Origin: Hyaloraphidium curvatum SAG 235-1
Lineage: Eukaryota; Fungi; Monoblepharomycota
Direction: 5' to 3'
DNA length: 64,000 bases
Assembly (NCBI GenBank): GCA_025558095.1
Contig: JAIVFI010000023.1
Span: 620,001 to 684,000 of the forward strand
Positions 1 through 11,937 of this stretch are shown here, piece after piece. Position numbers and translations under genes: made by a program. The stretch's first letter is position 1; every line of letters starts with the position of its first letter. The notes under the pieces are model-generated. The model did no database searches. It saw only the letters and a program-made list of their open reading frames with translations, and was not told the origin of the DNA.

Positions 1-1121
1 ACAACGGCGCCACGGTGCACTGGGTCTTCCCTTACACCAAGATGCGCTCCGTCAACGTGCTCTCGACGGTCGCGTGCCTGGAGCTCTCGCTCGCCGACCC
101 CAAGGGCATGATCCCGCTGCACTTTGTCTCGACGACGGCGGTGCTCGACACGCAGGCCTACGTGGCGCTGCTGGCCGACGGCACGAGGGTGCTCGAGTCG
201 GACGACCTCGCGCGCTCGGCGGCGGGGCTCAAGGCGGGCTACGGGCAGACCAAGTGGGTCAGCGAGAAGCTGCTCATGCGTGCGAGGGGGAGGGGGTGCG
301 CGGCGACGATCGTCAGGCCGGGGTACATCCTGGGCGACTCCAAGAGCGGAGGTGGGTCGTATGGGGTTGCGTTTTGGGCGAGGCGGATGCTGACGGGGGC
401 GGAACTCGCAGTGACCAACACGGACGACTTCCTCATCCGGCTCATGAAGGGCTGCATCACCCTCGGGATCGTGCCCGAGATCACCAACGTCATCAACATG
501 GTGCCGGTCGACTACGTCTCCAAGGTCGTCTCGTCGGTCGTCGGCGGATCCACGGCGGCCATCGAGAAGGGCGTCTTCCAGATATGGCAGCGCAACATGT
601 ACGTCTCTTCCCTGCCGGTCCGCCGAGTCGACCAGCTCATTGCTCGCCTTCACAGGTTCCGCTTCATCGACCTGTTCCGCTGCCTGCGGCAGTACGGCTA
701 CCCCGTCGAGCCGACGGCCTACATCCCCTGGCGCACCGCGCTCATGGACCACACCCTCAACTCGCAGGACAACGCGCTGTACCCGCTGCTCCACTTCGTC
801 ATGGACGACCTGCCGACGAGCACCAAGGGCCCCGAGCTCGACGACGGCAACACCCGCGAGGTGACGGGCAACCTCGACTGCGGCGACATGGGCGAGCTGG
901 TCGGGCTGTACATCTCGTACCTGATACAGGTCGGGTTCCTGGAGGCGCCACCGGCGCCCAAGGCCAACGGTGCCAACGGCACGGCGAACGGGACCGCAAA
1001 GGCAGCGGTCTCGGAGTCGGTCACGGAGTGGTTCGAGGGCGCCGATGCCGAGAGGAAGGCGCTGCCCGTGGTGGAGCTGACGGCCGAGATGAAGAAGCTG
1101 GTCGCCAGGAACAGGGAGTGA
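1..1121 (+). CDS. LYS2: L-aminoadipate-semialdehyde dehydrogenase (alpha-aminoadipate reductase), C-terminal thioester-reductase domain; 5' end lies outside the window
   Basis: Motifs VHWVFPY, FVSTTAV, GYGQTKWVSEKLL, RPGYILGDS, NTDDFLIRLMKGC and DNALYPLLHFV are typical of the Lys2 R domain. In-frame introns at 352-411 and 599-655. Confidence 0.88.
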   Translation, partial: NGATVHWVFPYTKMRSVNVLSTVACLELSLADPKGMIPLHFVSTTAVLDTQAYVALLADGTRVLESDDLARSAAGLKAGYGQTKWVSEKLLMRARGRGCAATIVRPGYILGDSKSGGGSYGVAFWARRMLTGAELAVTNTDDFLIRLMKGCITLGIVPEITNVINMVPVDYVSKVVSSVVGGSTAAIEKGVFQIWQRNMYVSSLPVRRVDQLIARLHRFRFIDLFRCLRQYGYPVEPTAYIPWRTALMDHTLNSQDNALYPLLHFVMDDLPTSTKGPELDDGNTREVTGNLDCGDMGELVGLYISYLIQVGFLEAPPAPKANGANGTANGTAKAAVSESVTEWFEGADAERKALPVVELTAEMKKLVARNRE

Positions 1122-1239
1122 ACGGACGGTGGGAAAAAGGAGGTGGAGAGAGAAGATCGTTTTGGACTGTAGAAGCTTGATAGACGAGCGAGATCACAAT
1201 CGATTCATCAATCCAGCAATCCATCGAGTGACAAACTAA

Positions 1240-3381
1240 TCAGAAGAACAGCCCATCATCTTCGTCCTCATCCTCGTCGTAGTCACGCAACGCCGTCTCC
1301 GCCTCGTACCCGTAGAATATGTCGTCCCGGCCGTCGACGTCGGAAAAGTGCGCCCGTCCTTCGTCGGAGCCGGCGCTTTCGTCCGGATAGTCCTCGAAAC
1401 CAAGCACGTCGCCGTCTTCCTCGCGAGTAGCAGCATCGAACCGGTCCCTTATGGCTTCGGATGCATCGCGCGACAGGTCATCAAGCACATCGCTGGCGCT
1501 GCCATCCTCGGAGCTGTCCGTTTCGGAAGGCTCGCCGAGTCCGTCCGTTTCCAGGTCCGTCAGCTCCAGCACCGTGATTCCCGGTATCGATGGGTAGGGT
1601 TGCCCGGGGCCGAGCAAAGCAGGGTCTGGCTGACCACCGTCGGAACTAGAATCCGAGCTCGAACCGTCGCCATCCACGTGCCAATCGCCCAGGACCTCAC
1701 TGCCCGCGTCGTCGTCCCAACCGTCCGAACCGGCCACGCTGGCATCTTCCGAGGCAAACCCCTCCTCCACGTCGTAGTCGGCCTTCTCGAACAGGAGCTG
1801 CAGAGACGGGCGTACCAGCCCAAGCTCCTCCATCAGATAGCTGTGATCCGTATGGAATCCCGAGAACCGGAGCCTGGTGAGACTCTTCATGGCAAACACC
1901 GTATCTTCGAGCTGAAACAGTCGGTACCGCGACCCAGCGACTTCAAGGGACGAAAGGCCGTGGAGTTGGCTGATCGCTCCCCAAGATGCCGAACGAATAA
2001 CTTCGCCGGAAAGTCCGAGCCTCTTCAGATCAGGGACCTGCGACAACAGCGCGGGAAGCGTGCTTTCCAGCCCGCACGTGTTCAGGTAGAGGGTGGTGAG
2101 CGTCTCTGGGAGCGACAGCCATTCGATAACGGTGGACTAAAAGGTTGAGAGTCAGCACGTTTTCGACGCGCGCAGCAGGAACGAAATACTCACATCGAGC
2201 TGGGTATGGGCGAACGTCAAGGACTTCAGTGACTCGTTCGCCTGCAGCGTTGAAGAGAGATCCCTCGCGTCCTCCGCGTCCAAAGACAGGCCGGCGATTC
2301 CGAGTATTCGCAGAGAGTTGCTTCGAAGGGCCGCAAAGAACCCTGGAGGAGGCCTGCAGAGCGAGAGCGAGTCCGCGAGGGGCATGAAAAAGAGCGAGAC
2401 CTCTCGAAGTCCCGCAACCGAAATCCGAAGGGCGTCGACATCCTCGGCGCCGAGCTGGCACTCGATGTAGAGACGCAAAACCTCGACCTTGGAGAGGCGC
2501 GACAGAAGGACGGTCAAGTCCCCTCGATTGACGGGAAAGGCAGGAAGGCAGAGGAGGCGAACGCTCGAAGGCACCTTGAGGCACAGCTCCCGCGTGTTTC
2601 TCAGCACTGGCTGGGGAAGGTCCAGGTACAGTGATACGAGAGTTTCCTCCCATGCCGGCAGGGCGGCAAGCAAAGCAGAATGATCCACGGCAAGAGCACT
2701 GTAAAAGTGCGCGATAGGAAGTTCGCGCGCTCCACGAGTCATCCGGGAGATGTGCTGGTCCAGGGACAGTGCTGCTGCGTAAGGCTCCAACTGCTTCCCG
2801 CAGAACTCGAGCCCGATGAGGTTCTTGAAGGTGGGCACATTGTCGGCCACGCGCCCGAGCAGCTCCTCGAGAGTGGAAGCAAAACGAGCATCGGTACCAA
2901 GGTCATCGACCAGCGGGGCCAGCAGGTCGTCGCACCGCAGGGCAATCCGGCGGACTGCGCCGGCGTAGTCGTTGGTACGCGGCGACCGGAGCGCCCGCGA
3001 GATGCTAAAGTCCCCTTTCCTGGCACAGGCAAACAAGACCTCGAGGTCCAGGTGCCTCCAGATCAAGTCGACGGCCCATGTGAAGAAGTGTTTGTTGACG
3101 CCGAGGAGCGGGACAAAGAGGTGACGCGAGGCCCCGCACCGGCAGCCCGCCGAGCGATGGCTGTCGGCATCGATCGTACACGGAGGAGCAACGAAGCTGA
3201 GGCGACAAGATGTTAGTGAGGGCACGGCCAATCGTTGGGGAACCCACGAGAGAATCAGTCGCACGACCTCGGCCGGAAGTGACGGGCTGGGCCTCGGGCG
3301 GGCACAGTAGACCCTCGTGCCGTAGCCAAGGCACTGCGTCAACGAAGACGGGTCATACTTTCGCCTCGGCCGCCTCTCCAT
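1240..3381 (-). CDS. F-box/LRR-like protein with an acidic C-terminal tail
   Basis: F-box-like LPAEVVRLILSWV followed by LxxLxL repeats. An intron (GTGAGT...TTTTAG, about 2137-2193) joins ORF 2152-3669 in frame to ORF 1240-2046. The tail is Asp/Glu/Ser-rich. Confidence 0.65.
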
Positions 3382-3560
3382 CGCAAGAAACGGCCGGGCA
3401 CGATTCGATGACCAGCAGCTAGCGAGACGGAGTGACCTCTCAGAGCCCGCCGGCCGGACGACAACTGCCGCGGTCAGTCCTCCAACATCAAAGCGCCACC
3501 AAAGTACAGATTCAGCAGGTGATATACATCTTTGCATCCATCTGTTCACGTCAACCGGCG

Positions 3561-3608
3561 GATTCCCTGACGCCGCGAGATCGCGATTCCCTGACCCGAC
3601 GAGATCGC
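3561..3608. repeat. Two imperfect 24-bp direct repeats (GATTCCCTGAC...CGAGATCGC)
   Basis: Directly visible upstream of the F-box gene start. Confidence 0.6.
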
Positions 3609-4165
3609 TCGGGTTCAAGAGCTTCCATTGCAGACGGCCTTGTGCGACGTCCAATTCTGCTTTTGGCATTGTTTATCGCAGTACCTGGATCCAGAGTCAA
3701 CGGGCGAATGACGCGGCGTAATGCGCGACCTGTGCGCAGACCCACTTCGCCTTCCCGCAGTCGTGGTCGGCGGGTTACCATGGAAACGGACTAGGGCGGA
3801 TGATCACGGGTGGATCGTTTGGGGGAAACCTGAGTTGGGGGGAAAGCTGGCAGGGGGGGCCCGGCCGGGGGAGGAAGAGCAGGGCCGCGCATTCGGAAGA
3901 CGAGTACGGTTGGTTCTTCAACAAGTAGATTAAGAAGACGCACAACCCGCAGTTATACATTGTGCGAGGTCTGCATCCCGGCATGCCCAACGAGATGCAC
4001 TCCTTCCTCGAGTGGCCGATATGGAAGGACTACGAGCAGGTGCCGAACCCCCAAGGCAAGGTGTGGAAGCTCTGTAGTCCCGCTGTCGAGCCCGCTCCTG
4101 GATGATCAACGCGGGGGTGTTTGCGTTCTAGATGTTTCTAATACATTGCCATACATCATTGATTC

Positions 4166-5959
4166 CTATAGCAACAGGACAAAGAGAGCCATAGACAACG
4201 TCGACAGTAGCACGGCCACCCTGCCCGACAGCCAGATCCTCTCCAACGCCAGCGCCGACGACGGCCTCGTGAGCGTCTGCACTACACTCCCCGCCGTCGC
4301 CGTTGTCGCCACCGCAGTCACCAATCCCCCCATTTCCGGTGGTTTGCACGGCAGCGTGTGCCCCGTGATGTTGCGGGCCACCTCGCACATGAAGTACGCA
4401 GAGTCCTTCCACGACCTCGTGGCGTTGCCCTCGAAGTCGATGTGCATCAGGCCGAAGCGCACGCTGAGGCCGAGCTTCCATTCTAAATTGTCCATGCAAG
4501 ACTGGTGCCCCCCGTCGAAAGCAATGTGCGTAAGCTTTGCCTCTCCGATTGTATGTACGCGGGGAGGACGTACCCATGCAAAGTAGCCGGACACCTTGAT
4601 GTCGTCCAGCTCCACGGCCTCCTTGAGGTAGTGCAGGTGATCCTTGAAGAACTGCACGCGCGGCGCATCCCGAAGCCTCGTCTCGGGGGGCAGCTGCGTC
4701 TCGTTGGCCATCGTGTACCCGTTTTCGGTTATGTAGAACTCGGGCGGATCGTAGGCGTCACGGTAGTGCCGGAGGCCTTTTCGGAGGCCGGGTGGGTGAG
4801 GGAAGAAGAAGGGGTGGCCCGTGCTGGGGCCGAACTGCGAGCCGTTGAGGAAAGTGTTGCGCATGCCAACGCACTCGGGCCAGGTACGGATCGACGGGCT
4901 GCACTCTTTGCCCTTGAGCACGTCGAAGGCGAGCACTGCGGTGTAGTAGTCCAAGGCGAACACGTCCGAGGACCCGAGGATGGAGGCCACCTCGGTCGTG
5001 GTGAAATTGGGCAACCTGCGCCCGAGGCTCTGCTTCATTTCGGGCGGGTAATCCCCGCGGAACAGCGGGTGCGCGAACCACCCGACGTCAAACACCATCG
5101 CCCTTCTCGCGGCTTCCTTGTCCGCCGCGGAATCCGTCAGGGGCTCGACCCACTGCCCGTCAAGCACGATCCCGATCTTGGTCGTCGGGTGCGTGGGGGC
5201 AAACTCGCGGCGCCAGATGGCCACCGCGGCGGCGTGTGCGAGGAGCGCGTTGTGTCCGCAGGTGTAAGGCTCGGTGGTAGAATCTCCCTCGCGGCACTTG
5301 CTCCTGTCGGAGCACCGCATGGGCGGGCCGTCCGCCCACAAATGTCCGCTCGAGCAGAACACGCGGGGCTCGTTCATGGTGAACCAGACATCCACGCCGT
5401 CGGCCAGCGCCGAGAAGACCGTCCTGGCGTAGGTCTCGAAGGGCGGTACCACGGCCGTCCTGTTCAACCATCCCCCGCGAGCCTGAAGAGCCGAGGGCAG
5501 CTCCCAGTGGTACAGAGTCGCGAAGACGCGGAGCCTGTTGGCACGCAGCTCACGTACGAGGTCAACGTAGAAAGCGAGGCCCTTCGGGTTAACGGTGCCG
5601 TCGCCGTCGGGGAAGATGCGCGACCACGAGATGGTCAGGGAGTAGTGGCTCAGGCCCATGGCGCGCAGGTGGCGAGCGTCCTCGGGATACCGATAGTAGT
5701 GCTGGGCGGCGGTCTCGCCGGTGGAGCCGTCCACGATGCCGCCGGCCGCGACGAAGTCGTCCCATATCGAGCGGCCTCTGCCGTCGGCGGCGGTGGCGCC
5801 CTCGATTTGGTACGCCGAGGTCGCGCACCCTATGGCGAATCCGGGCGGCGGAAACGCCGCCCCAGCGGCGGGTTGCGCCGCCAAACAGCCGCCAGCGAGG
5901 GCCACGAGGGCCGCGACGAGCAGGCGGGAGGGCTCTCCGGACCGCGCTCTCCGGCGCAT
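4166..5959 (-). CDS. Secreted glycoside hydrolase family 1 beta-glucosidase with a Thr-rich linker and hydrophobic C-terminus (GPI or membrane anchor)
   Basis: Signal peptide; ATSAYQIEG, TLYHWELP, acid/base TMNEP, nucleophile YITENG, GYFAW|SCMDNLEW. In-frame intron 4502-4573. Confidence 0.93.
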   Translation of the reverse strand: MRRRARSGEPSRLLVAALVALAGGCLAAQPAAGAAFPPPGFAIGCATSAYQIEGATAADGRGRSIWDDFVAAGGIVDGSTGETAAQHYYRYPEDARHLRAMGLSHYSLTISWSRIFPDGDGTVNPKGLAFYVDLVRELRANRLRVFATLYHWELPSALQARGGWLNRTAVVPPFETYARTVFSALADGVDVWFTMNEPRVFCSSGHLWADGPPMRCSDRSKCREGDSTTEPYTCGHNALLAHAAAVAIWRREFAPTHPTTKIGIVLDGQWVEPLTDSAADKEAARRAMVFDVGWFAHPLFRGDYPPEMKQSLGRRLPNFTTTEVASILGSSDVFALDYYTAVLAFDVLKGKECSPSIRTWPECVGMRNTFLNGSQFGPSTGHPFFFPHPPGLRKGLRHYRDAYDPPEFYITENGYTMANETQLPPETRLRDAPRVQFFKDHLHYLKEAVELDDIKVSGYFAWVRPPRVHTIGEAKLTHIAFDGGHQSCMDNLEWKLGLSVRFGLMHIDFEGNATRSWKDSAYFMCEVARNITGHTLPCKPPEMGGLVTAVATTATAGSVVQTLTRPSSALALERIWLSGRVAVLLSTLSMALFVLLL

Positions 5960-6304
5960 TGCGACCCCGCGTTTGCGAGTTGGAATATGTCCGAGACAGC
6001 CTTGCGGTCCCGGTTAAGCGCTGAGTTGCTCGGCGTGCCGCGAGAGCCGGCGCGTGAATGGAATGTGGCGGAGGCGGAAGGACCGCAGACCCATTTCCCA
6101 TTTCCGGCTCACCTTGACGTCGAACAGTCTAGCGGCGCATCAGTATTCCGGGCACAGGGAGAAGAGGAACAACGCTATTTGTTGCGAAATGACTGCTGCT
6201 TGCATGAAGCTTCAAGCTTGTCGCTGGTCAGCTCCATGCACGAACGCTTGACGAACGCATAGCGTCGGTTTGTTTACGCGAAGCCAACTTGCTCTTGTAA
6301 CGCG

Positions 6305-8554
6305 ATGTGGACGCCTGCGGGCCTCGCACGGGTCCGGAGCGCGGTCCTAGGCACCGGCATCGCACGCGCCGGGCTACTCCGTGTCGCTGCAAGCGGGATT
6401 TCTCCCCTGCCCGCCACGACCCGCGCCCAGTCGGGTCCGCGTCCCCGGCCGCCCGCGCCGTTGACGGACGCGTGGGGAAAGCCGATCGCGGATCGGCGTC
6501 AACCGGACAACGTGCCGGATCGGCGTCAGCTGGATAATGGGCCACCGCGGCTGCGTCCGGAAAGGACCCCCGTCGAACGCTTCCGGAACGCGACCTGGAA
6601 AGTCTGCGGGCCAAAGGGGAACTTCGACGATATCGACAGCGCCTGGGCGGCCTACGAGGCGCTGGGTCCCCGGCCGACGCTGGACGAGCGCGAATTTGGC
6701 TACGCCGCGGAAGCCGTCACGAAGCACGCGGTGCACATCATCAAGGAAGGGAGGAGCTGGGGCGGCCCGCCCAACGGCAGGCCCCAGGTTCGGACCGCGG
6801 CACAGAGGCTGCGGCGGATCATTGACGATGCGGCGGCCGTCGGAGTCGGGATGACGCCCGCGTTATTCATGTACAAGGTCAAGGTCAGCGCACCGCAGCT
6901 CACGTGGGTTCCTCGCTGCCGAATGGCAATTCCCGCACAGCTCACGACTGCGTTGTTGCGACCTAGAACGTATCGGGCCTGCAGGGAGATGCTGGACGCG
7001 TTTCCCGAGCACGCGCACAGGCACGTAGCCGCGGCCTTGGTGAACCCGGCCTCGGCGGGCAACTACACCGCCTTCCTCCGCCTGCTCCACGAAGCATCGA
7101 GCAAGGCGGACCTGCCCGATAGCGAGGTCATCGCCGCGTATCTCGCCATGGCCATATCCAGGGCGACGCCGTCCAAGTCGGAGGACCTGGAGGGATTCCC
7201 CGCGGGACCCTCGCACGCGGCGGACCTCGCATTCCCGACCAGCGACGGCGCAACGTCGGCGGCCGCCCCGGATCCGGTTATCGGTACGGATGGTGATTTG
7301 GTGGCGGCACTCGAGGAGCACGCCGCGTCCCAGCTGGGGCCCGCGACCCTTGCCGAGTTCGCACGCCCCGGCTTGGCTCCGGGCTCCACAACACCGCTCC
7401 GCAAGCTCCTCTCCCTCTTTGCCTACGCGGCGCGGCCGCGGGCCGATGGGACCTCGCTCCTTTCCAACGATCTGGTCGCAACCGAGCTCGCCTGCGGCCT
7501 CGTCCGCCTCGGCCGCACCGACCTGTCGCGCGCGCTCCTCCAGCTGGCCTCGCGCCCGCCGCACGGCGCCGCAGCACGCGGAAGGACCAACGCGTACTCC
7601 CTGCTCGCCGCCGTCGCGCAATCGGGCGAGACGGAGGAGTTCGAGAGCATCCTCGCCGCCGCGCCGCTGGGGTTCGCGCCGGGCTCCAAGCTCATGTCCA
7701 GGGCCGTGGCCTCGGGGCGGCAGCCCGGGGCCGTGCTCCGGCTCCTGGCGGCGATGGTGCGGCGCGGCTTGAAGGTTTCGAACGCGGCGTACAGAGCGGC
7801 CGTCCGGGCCGCGGTGGGATCCGGCTCGGGGGACGTGGTGCAGTGGCTGCGGGGGGTGGTGTCGGCGGCGGAGCTGAACCGCATGCCGCACGCCGCCGAT
7901 CGGCTCCGAAGGGAGGCCATCACCGTCCTGGCGACGGTTGAAGAGTGGGACGCCGTCGAAGCGATGAGGAAGGGGGCGGCCGGGATGGACGGCGACCTCC
8001 TGCTGAGGCTCGCTAGGGCCTATGGGATGAAGGGGGACCCGGGGGCCGTCTTGGACCTGTTGCGGGACCCGGTCGCCAGGAGGATTGACGGAGGGGCACG
8101 CACCTTTGCCCTCGGATCCCTGCTGGCGGCCGCGGTGGGTGCGAGCAGGCGGGGACAGGCCGGGGCAACCGAGCTCGCCTGCGCCCTCGCGGCGGCGGTG
8201 CTGGACGGAACCCCCGTCGATCCCGCGGCGCTGCCGGAGGATCTCAAGGGCTCGGTGTTTGCGACCGCGGTCGCGCCGGAGCCTAGCTCTTGGGTCCTGG
8301 AACGGATGGCCGATCTGGTCGAACACGTGCCGGCGGACCAGGTTGGCGACCTGACTGGCAAGGTCAAAGGGTATCTTGCTAGCAAAGGGAAGGGGGAAGC
8401 GGAGGATTCGGATGCCGCCGGGCTCGCGAAGCTCTTGAGGGAGCTGGCTTCGCAGGACGCCGCAGTCAAGAGGATGGACGGCGGTCCATCGGTCGATGCG
8501 GAAGGGGCGGACGAAGAGCCGGAGCGTAAACAAAGGGATGAGGAGGATGGATGA
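6305..8554 (+). CDS. Hypothetical Ala-rich alpha-helical protein, probably mitochondrial (degenerate PPR-like)
   Basis: 749-codon ORF with an Arg-rich presequence-like N-terminus and PPR-like segments (LLAAMVRRGLKVSNAAYRAAV; LARAYGMKGD). A probable in-frame intron lies near 6880-6940. Confidence 0.5.
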   Translation: MWTPAGLARVRSAVLGTGIARAGLLRVAASGISPLPATTRAQSGPRPRPPAPLTDAWGKPIADRRQPDNVPDRRQLDNGPPRLRPERTPVERFRNATWKVCGPKGNFDDIDSAWAAYEALGPRPTLDEREFGYAAEAVTKHAVHIIKEGRSWGGPPNGRPQVRTAAQRLRRIIDDAAAVGVGMTPALFMYKVKVSAPQLTWVPRCRMAIPAQLTTALLRPRTYRACREMLDAFPEHAHRHVAAALVNPASAGNYTAFLRLLHEASSKADLPDSEVIAAYLAMAISRATPSKSEDLEGFPAGPSHAADLAFPTSDGATSAAAPDPVIGTDGDLVAALEEHAASQLGPATLAEFARPGLAPGSTTPLRKLLSLFAYAARPRADGTSLLSNDLVATELACGLVRLGRTDLSRALLQLASRPPHGAAARGRTNAYSLLAAVAQSGETEEFESILAAAPLGFAPGSKLMSRAVASGRQPGAVLRLLAAMVRRGLKVSNAAYRAAVRAAVGSGSGDVVQWLRGVVSAAELNRMPHAADRLRREAITVLATVEEWDAVEAMRKGAAGMDGDLLLRLARAYGMKGDPGAVLDLLRDPVARRIDGGARTFALGSLLAAAVGASRRGQAGATELACALAAAVLDGTPVDPAALPEDLKGSVFATAVAPEPSSWVLERMADLVEHVPADQVGDLTGKVKGYLASKGKGEAEDSDAAGLAKLLRELASQDAAVKRMDGGPSVDAEGADEEPERKQRDEEDG

Positions 8555-8688
8555 TTGCACATGCTAGCTCAAGTCTTTGCACCATGTTCGAAAAACGAGC
8601 TCATACTGGCCGTTTGGCGCGTCACGGGGTTTGGCTTTGCCTCACTCGCGCGGGCCGCGGCCCCACTTTGAGCCGTCCCCCACGCGAA

Positions 8689-10505
8689 ATGTCCTCGAAA
8701 CCCGACGAGGACGACCGGAGCAGCACGACCGGCACGGCAGCGGAGACGAACGATGTGCCCGCGAAGGCTGCCGACGTCGAGGCTGCGCCGCCAACGGCGC
8801 CGGTGGAGCAGGAGTTCATACTCTATCCTGTGCGCTGGTTCGTGATGGGGGCCATGATGGTGCTCGGGACGTCGTTCGTGGGTGTCTGCAGTGTCGGGGA
8901 AAGCGCTCAGCTGATCCTTGGCGCGATTCGCTGGGGACGTCGCCGACAACCTCGGTGCCCACCATCCCGACGCGATTCCTCCCCGCGGCGCCGCCGACAG
9001 TCGCTCAACTGGAACACGTTCTCTCCCGTCTCGAATCGAGCAGCCGAGTACTACGGAACCACGGTCTCCGTGATAAATTGGTTCGGCTTGATCATCTACG
9101 TGACTTCAGTTACCACGGGCCTGTTCTCCGCCTACCTCATCGACACACGCGGCATGCGCGTGTCGCTCATCTGCGCCGGCGCGCTCAACATGACCGGATC
9201 CTGGATCCGGTACCTGGGCACCTTTGCCCCCGACCGGCACACGGCCCTGATCCTGGGCCTTCTTGGCCAGACCGTGCTGGGGTGCGGCCGCCCCTTTGCG
9301 ATGAACTCGACGACGCGCCTCGCGTCGACCTTTTTCGGGATGAAGGAGAGGACGCTCGCCAACACCCTCGCCTCCGTCTCCCCCTCCTTCGGCGTCCTGC
9401 TCTCCTCCGCCGTGACGTCGTACATCATCTCCACCCCCGACCACGTTCCCCTCGCCCTCCTGTGCTGGGCGTGCTACTCGGTGGTCGGCATGATCACGGT
9501 GCTCTTTGTCCCCGAGAAGCCGCCGACGCCGCCGTCTCCGTCGGCGTCGGTGATGGGCGCGACGCGGACGGCCAGCCTGGAGAAGTGGAAGAAGTCGATC
9601 AAGACGGCCTTCACCAACTGGGACTACATCCTGCTGTGGACCATCATGTCGGGCAACCTCTCCCTCTTCTTCATGTGCGTCCCCGCGTGCCGTCGCCCGT
9701 GCACATCGTCTCACCCCCACATCCCTCCAGCTACATCGTCCTCATCTCCTCCATCATGCTCCCCTACGGCTACACCGCCCAGCAGGTCGGCTTCGTCACC
9801 GTCGCCATCATCGCCACGGGCTGGCTCGCCCTCCCCATCTCCAAGGTCATCGACCGCACCGGCGGCTGGGTGCCCGCGCTGCGCTCCCTGCTGGGGATCT
9901 GCACCGTCGCATTGGTGGGGCTGACGCTGAGCCTGCGGCCGGACGTATATTGGGCCATCATCCTGTGCGCGTGCGTGTTCGGGTACGCGAATTTCCCGCT
10001 GCTGGGGATCGTGTTCGAGCTGGCGATCGAGGCGACCTACCCGGACCTGCTGCCGGCAATGTCGTCGTGTGGGTTGATGGCCTTGCCATGGTCCCTAATG
10101 AGGAACGCTGACTTCCTCCCCGCGTCCGCAGACCTCATCTTTGCCCTCGCCCAGATCATCGCCATCATCCTCACCCCTTTCCTTTCGGGCGTCGACAACA
10201 AGACGGCCATCCTCTGGGTCCTCGTCGGCGTCTCGGCGCTCGGCTTCCTCGAGAGCCTGATCTACAGGGGCAAGGCCAAGCGCGTGGGCTACGAGACCAC
10301 GGTGCTCTCGGCCAGGGAGGTGGCGGGCGCTGTGGCGGCCGCGGTGGAGGCGGTGCCGGAGGAGGGGGAGGGCGGGACGGTGGAGCTCGGCGGGTTGGAC
10401 GGCAAGGGGCAAAAGGGGGCCGCGGGCGTCGTCGGGAACGGGTTGGTCAACCCTTCTGCGCTGGGCGAAGAGGAGGTGGGTGTTGGCGGAGGGAAATCAC
10501 AATGA
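8689..10505 (+). CDS. Major facilitator superfamily transporter, FLVCR/SLC49-like
   Basis: FILYPVRWF, WNTFSPV, GSWIRY, GQTVLG, ERTLANTL, EKPPTPPSPSAS and ELAIEATYP. Introns near 8871-9000, 9675-9730 and 10067-10131. Confidence 0.88.
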
Positions 10506-10687
10506 GACGTGGATGGTTTGAAGCATACGCGAGTGCGCGAATCGGCTATCCCTCCACGATTACGCACGTTCGGATCGTTACAAACGCCGCACTGGCTGGC
10601 CCACCACGGCCTCTAACTCTTGACACTGTTGGCACCAGCCCTCATCACCCTTGCTCCCATCCCCCCGCAGGCCACTTCTTCGCCGCA

Positions 10688-11516
10688 TCACTTGTCGTAC
10701 CCGGTAAGGGGACCGTTGACCCCGTTGCAGGCCTCCAACCCGCAAGCCGGGTAGCAGCAACCCGCGAACTTGCCCACATAGTCGGGCATGTTGGTGCACA
10801 CCCCCGTAAACCCTGGGCCGGATCCGACCTCCCCGGTGGTCCTGCTGCAGTTCAAAAACTGACCCGTGGTCTCGTAGAGCGCCGCCAGCCCGTCCGACCT
10901 GACGCAGACCTTGTGGGTCGGTCCGCACCCATTGATGCCGCTCCAGTACGCCAGGCTCTGGCAGCAGATGCCGTCGCAGGCCCCCGTGGAAGATGCCGCT
11001 TCGATGGACGTGTTGTGGCCGGTGGCGTAGTCGCAGCCGCGCCAACCGGGGGCGTTGATGTCGCAGTCCTTGGACTCGGCGGGCCTGTCGGGGTCGGAGC
11101 AGGCTCGGTTGGCCGCGCGGTCGTAGCGGCGGTACAGCTCGTGGCCGCCCTCCATGCTGATGCACGCGACGTGATCTTCGGGAGCATCTTCGTAGCCGAT
11201 CTCGCTGGTGGAGAGCGGTCATGAGCGGTGATCAGCGGTGATCCCCGCTGGGGTTCCGGTCTCCCACCAATACAGCTCAACGTCGCACTCGGCGCAGCTC
11301 CTCTTGAAGACGACGGTGGGCTCCTTAGGCGTTGGGCTGCGGGTTCGGAGGATGGGCCGGTCGGCAGCGGCCCGGCAGAATGGGGATCCGCGTGTCAGCA
11401 TCGCGTCCATCGCGGCGCGGCGCGGGGCGACGGTCAGCCGACCTCGCGAGCGAGGCCGCCGCCAGCGTGGCGACGACGAGGGCGAGCAGGGCGGCGAGCT
11501 TGGAGGACACGGGCAT
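10688..11516 (-). CDS. Small secreted cysteine-rich protein
   Basis: A signal-peptide exon and two introns give ...PTVVFKRSCAECDVELYC-EIGYEDAPEDHVACISMEGGHELYRRYD... followed by a Cys-rich domain. Paralogous to the gene at 55185-55719. Confidence 0.75.
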
Positions 11517-11937
11517 GGTGGGTTGCCGATGTTCGGGCCGGGTCGTGATCCTTGAGTTCGTCAGTCAGTGACGCCCGGGTGGCCTTGCGCGCGGATCGGT
11601 GTCCTTGCGCAGAAACAGAAACACCCGCGTACCCCGACCCCGAACCCCGCTGGAGCTCTCGACTGCTTCATCGGAAGCACGTCGCCGCTCGGATGATCGT
11701 GATGTTTATGGGAGAGCGAAGCGGCCTATGCATGCATGCTGCATGGTTGTCCGCATTGGATGCTCGTGGAGGGCCCGCCCACATCGGCGGGGACCGGCTT
11801 ATCGGCATGCCCCGCCCCGTTGCCCGGCGAGATGCCAAGATCGGCATGTTAGGCGACGGCAGCGGCAGGGAGTTTGGCCTCTGCGCACGGGAGGCGATGC
11901 GTCGGCATCGGGCAGCGCGTTAGACCGTCCGCCTAAT

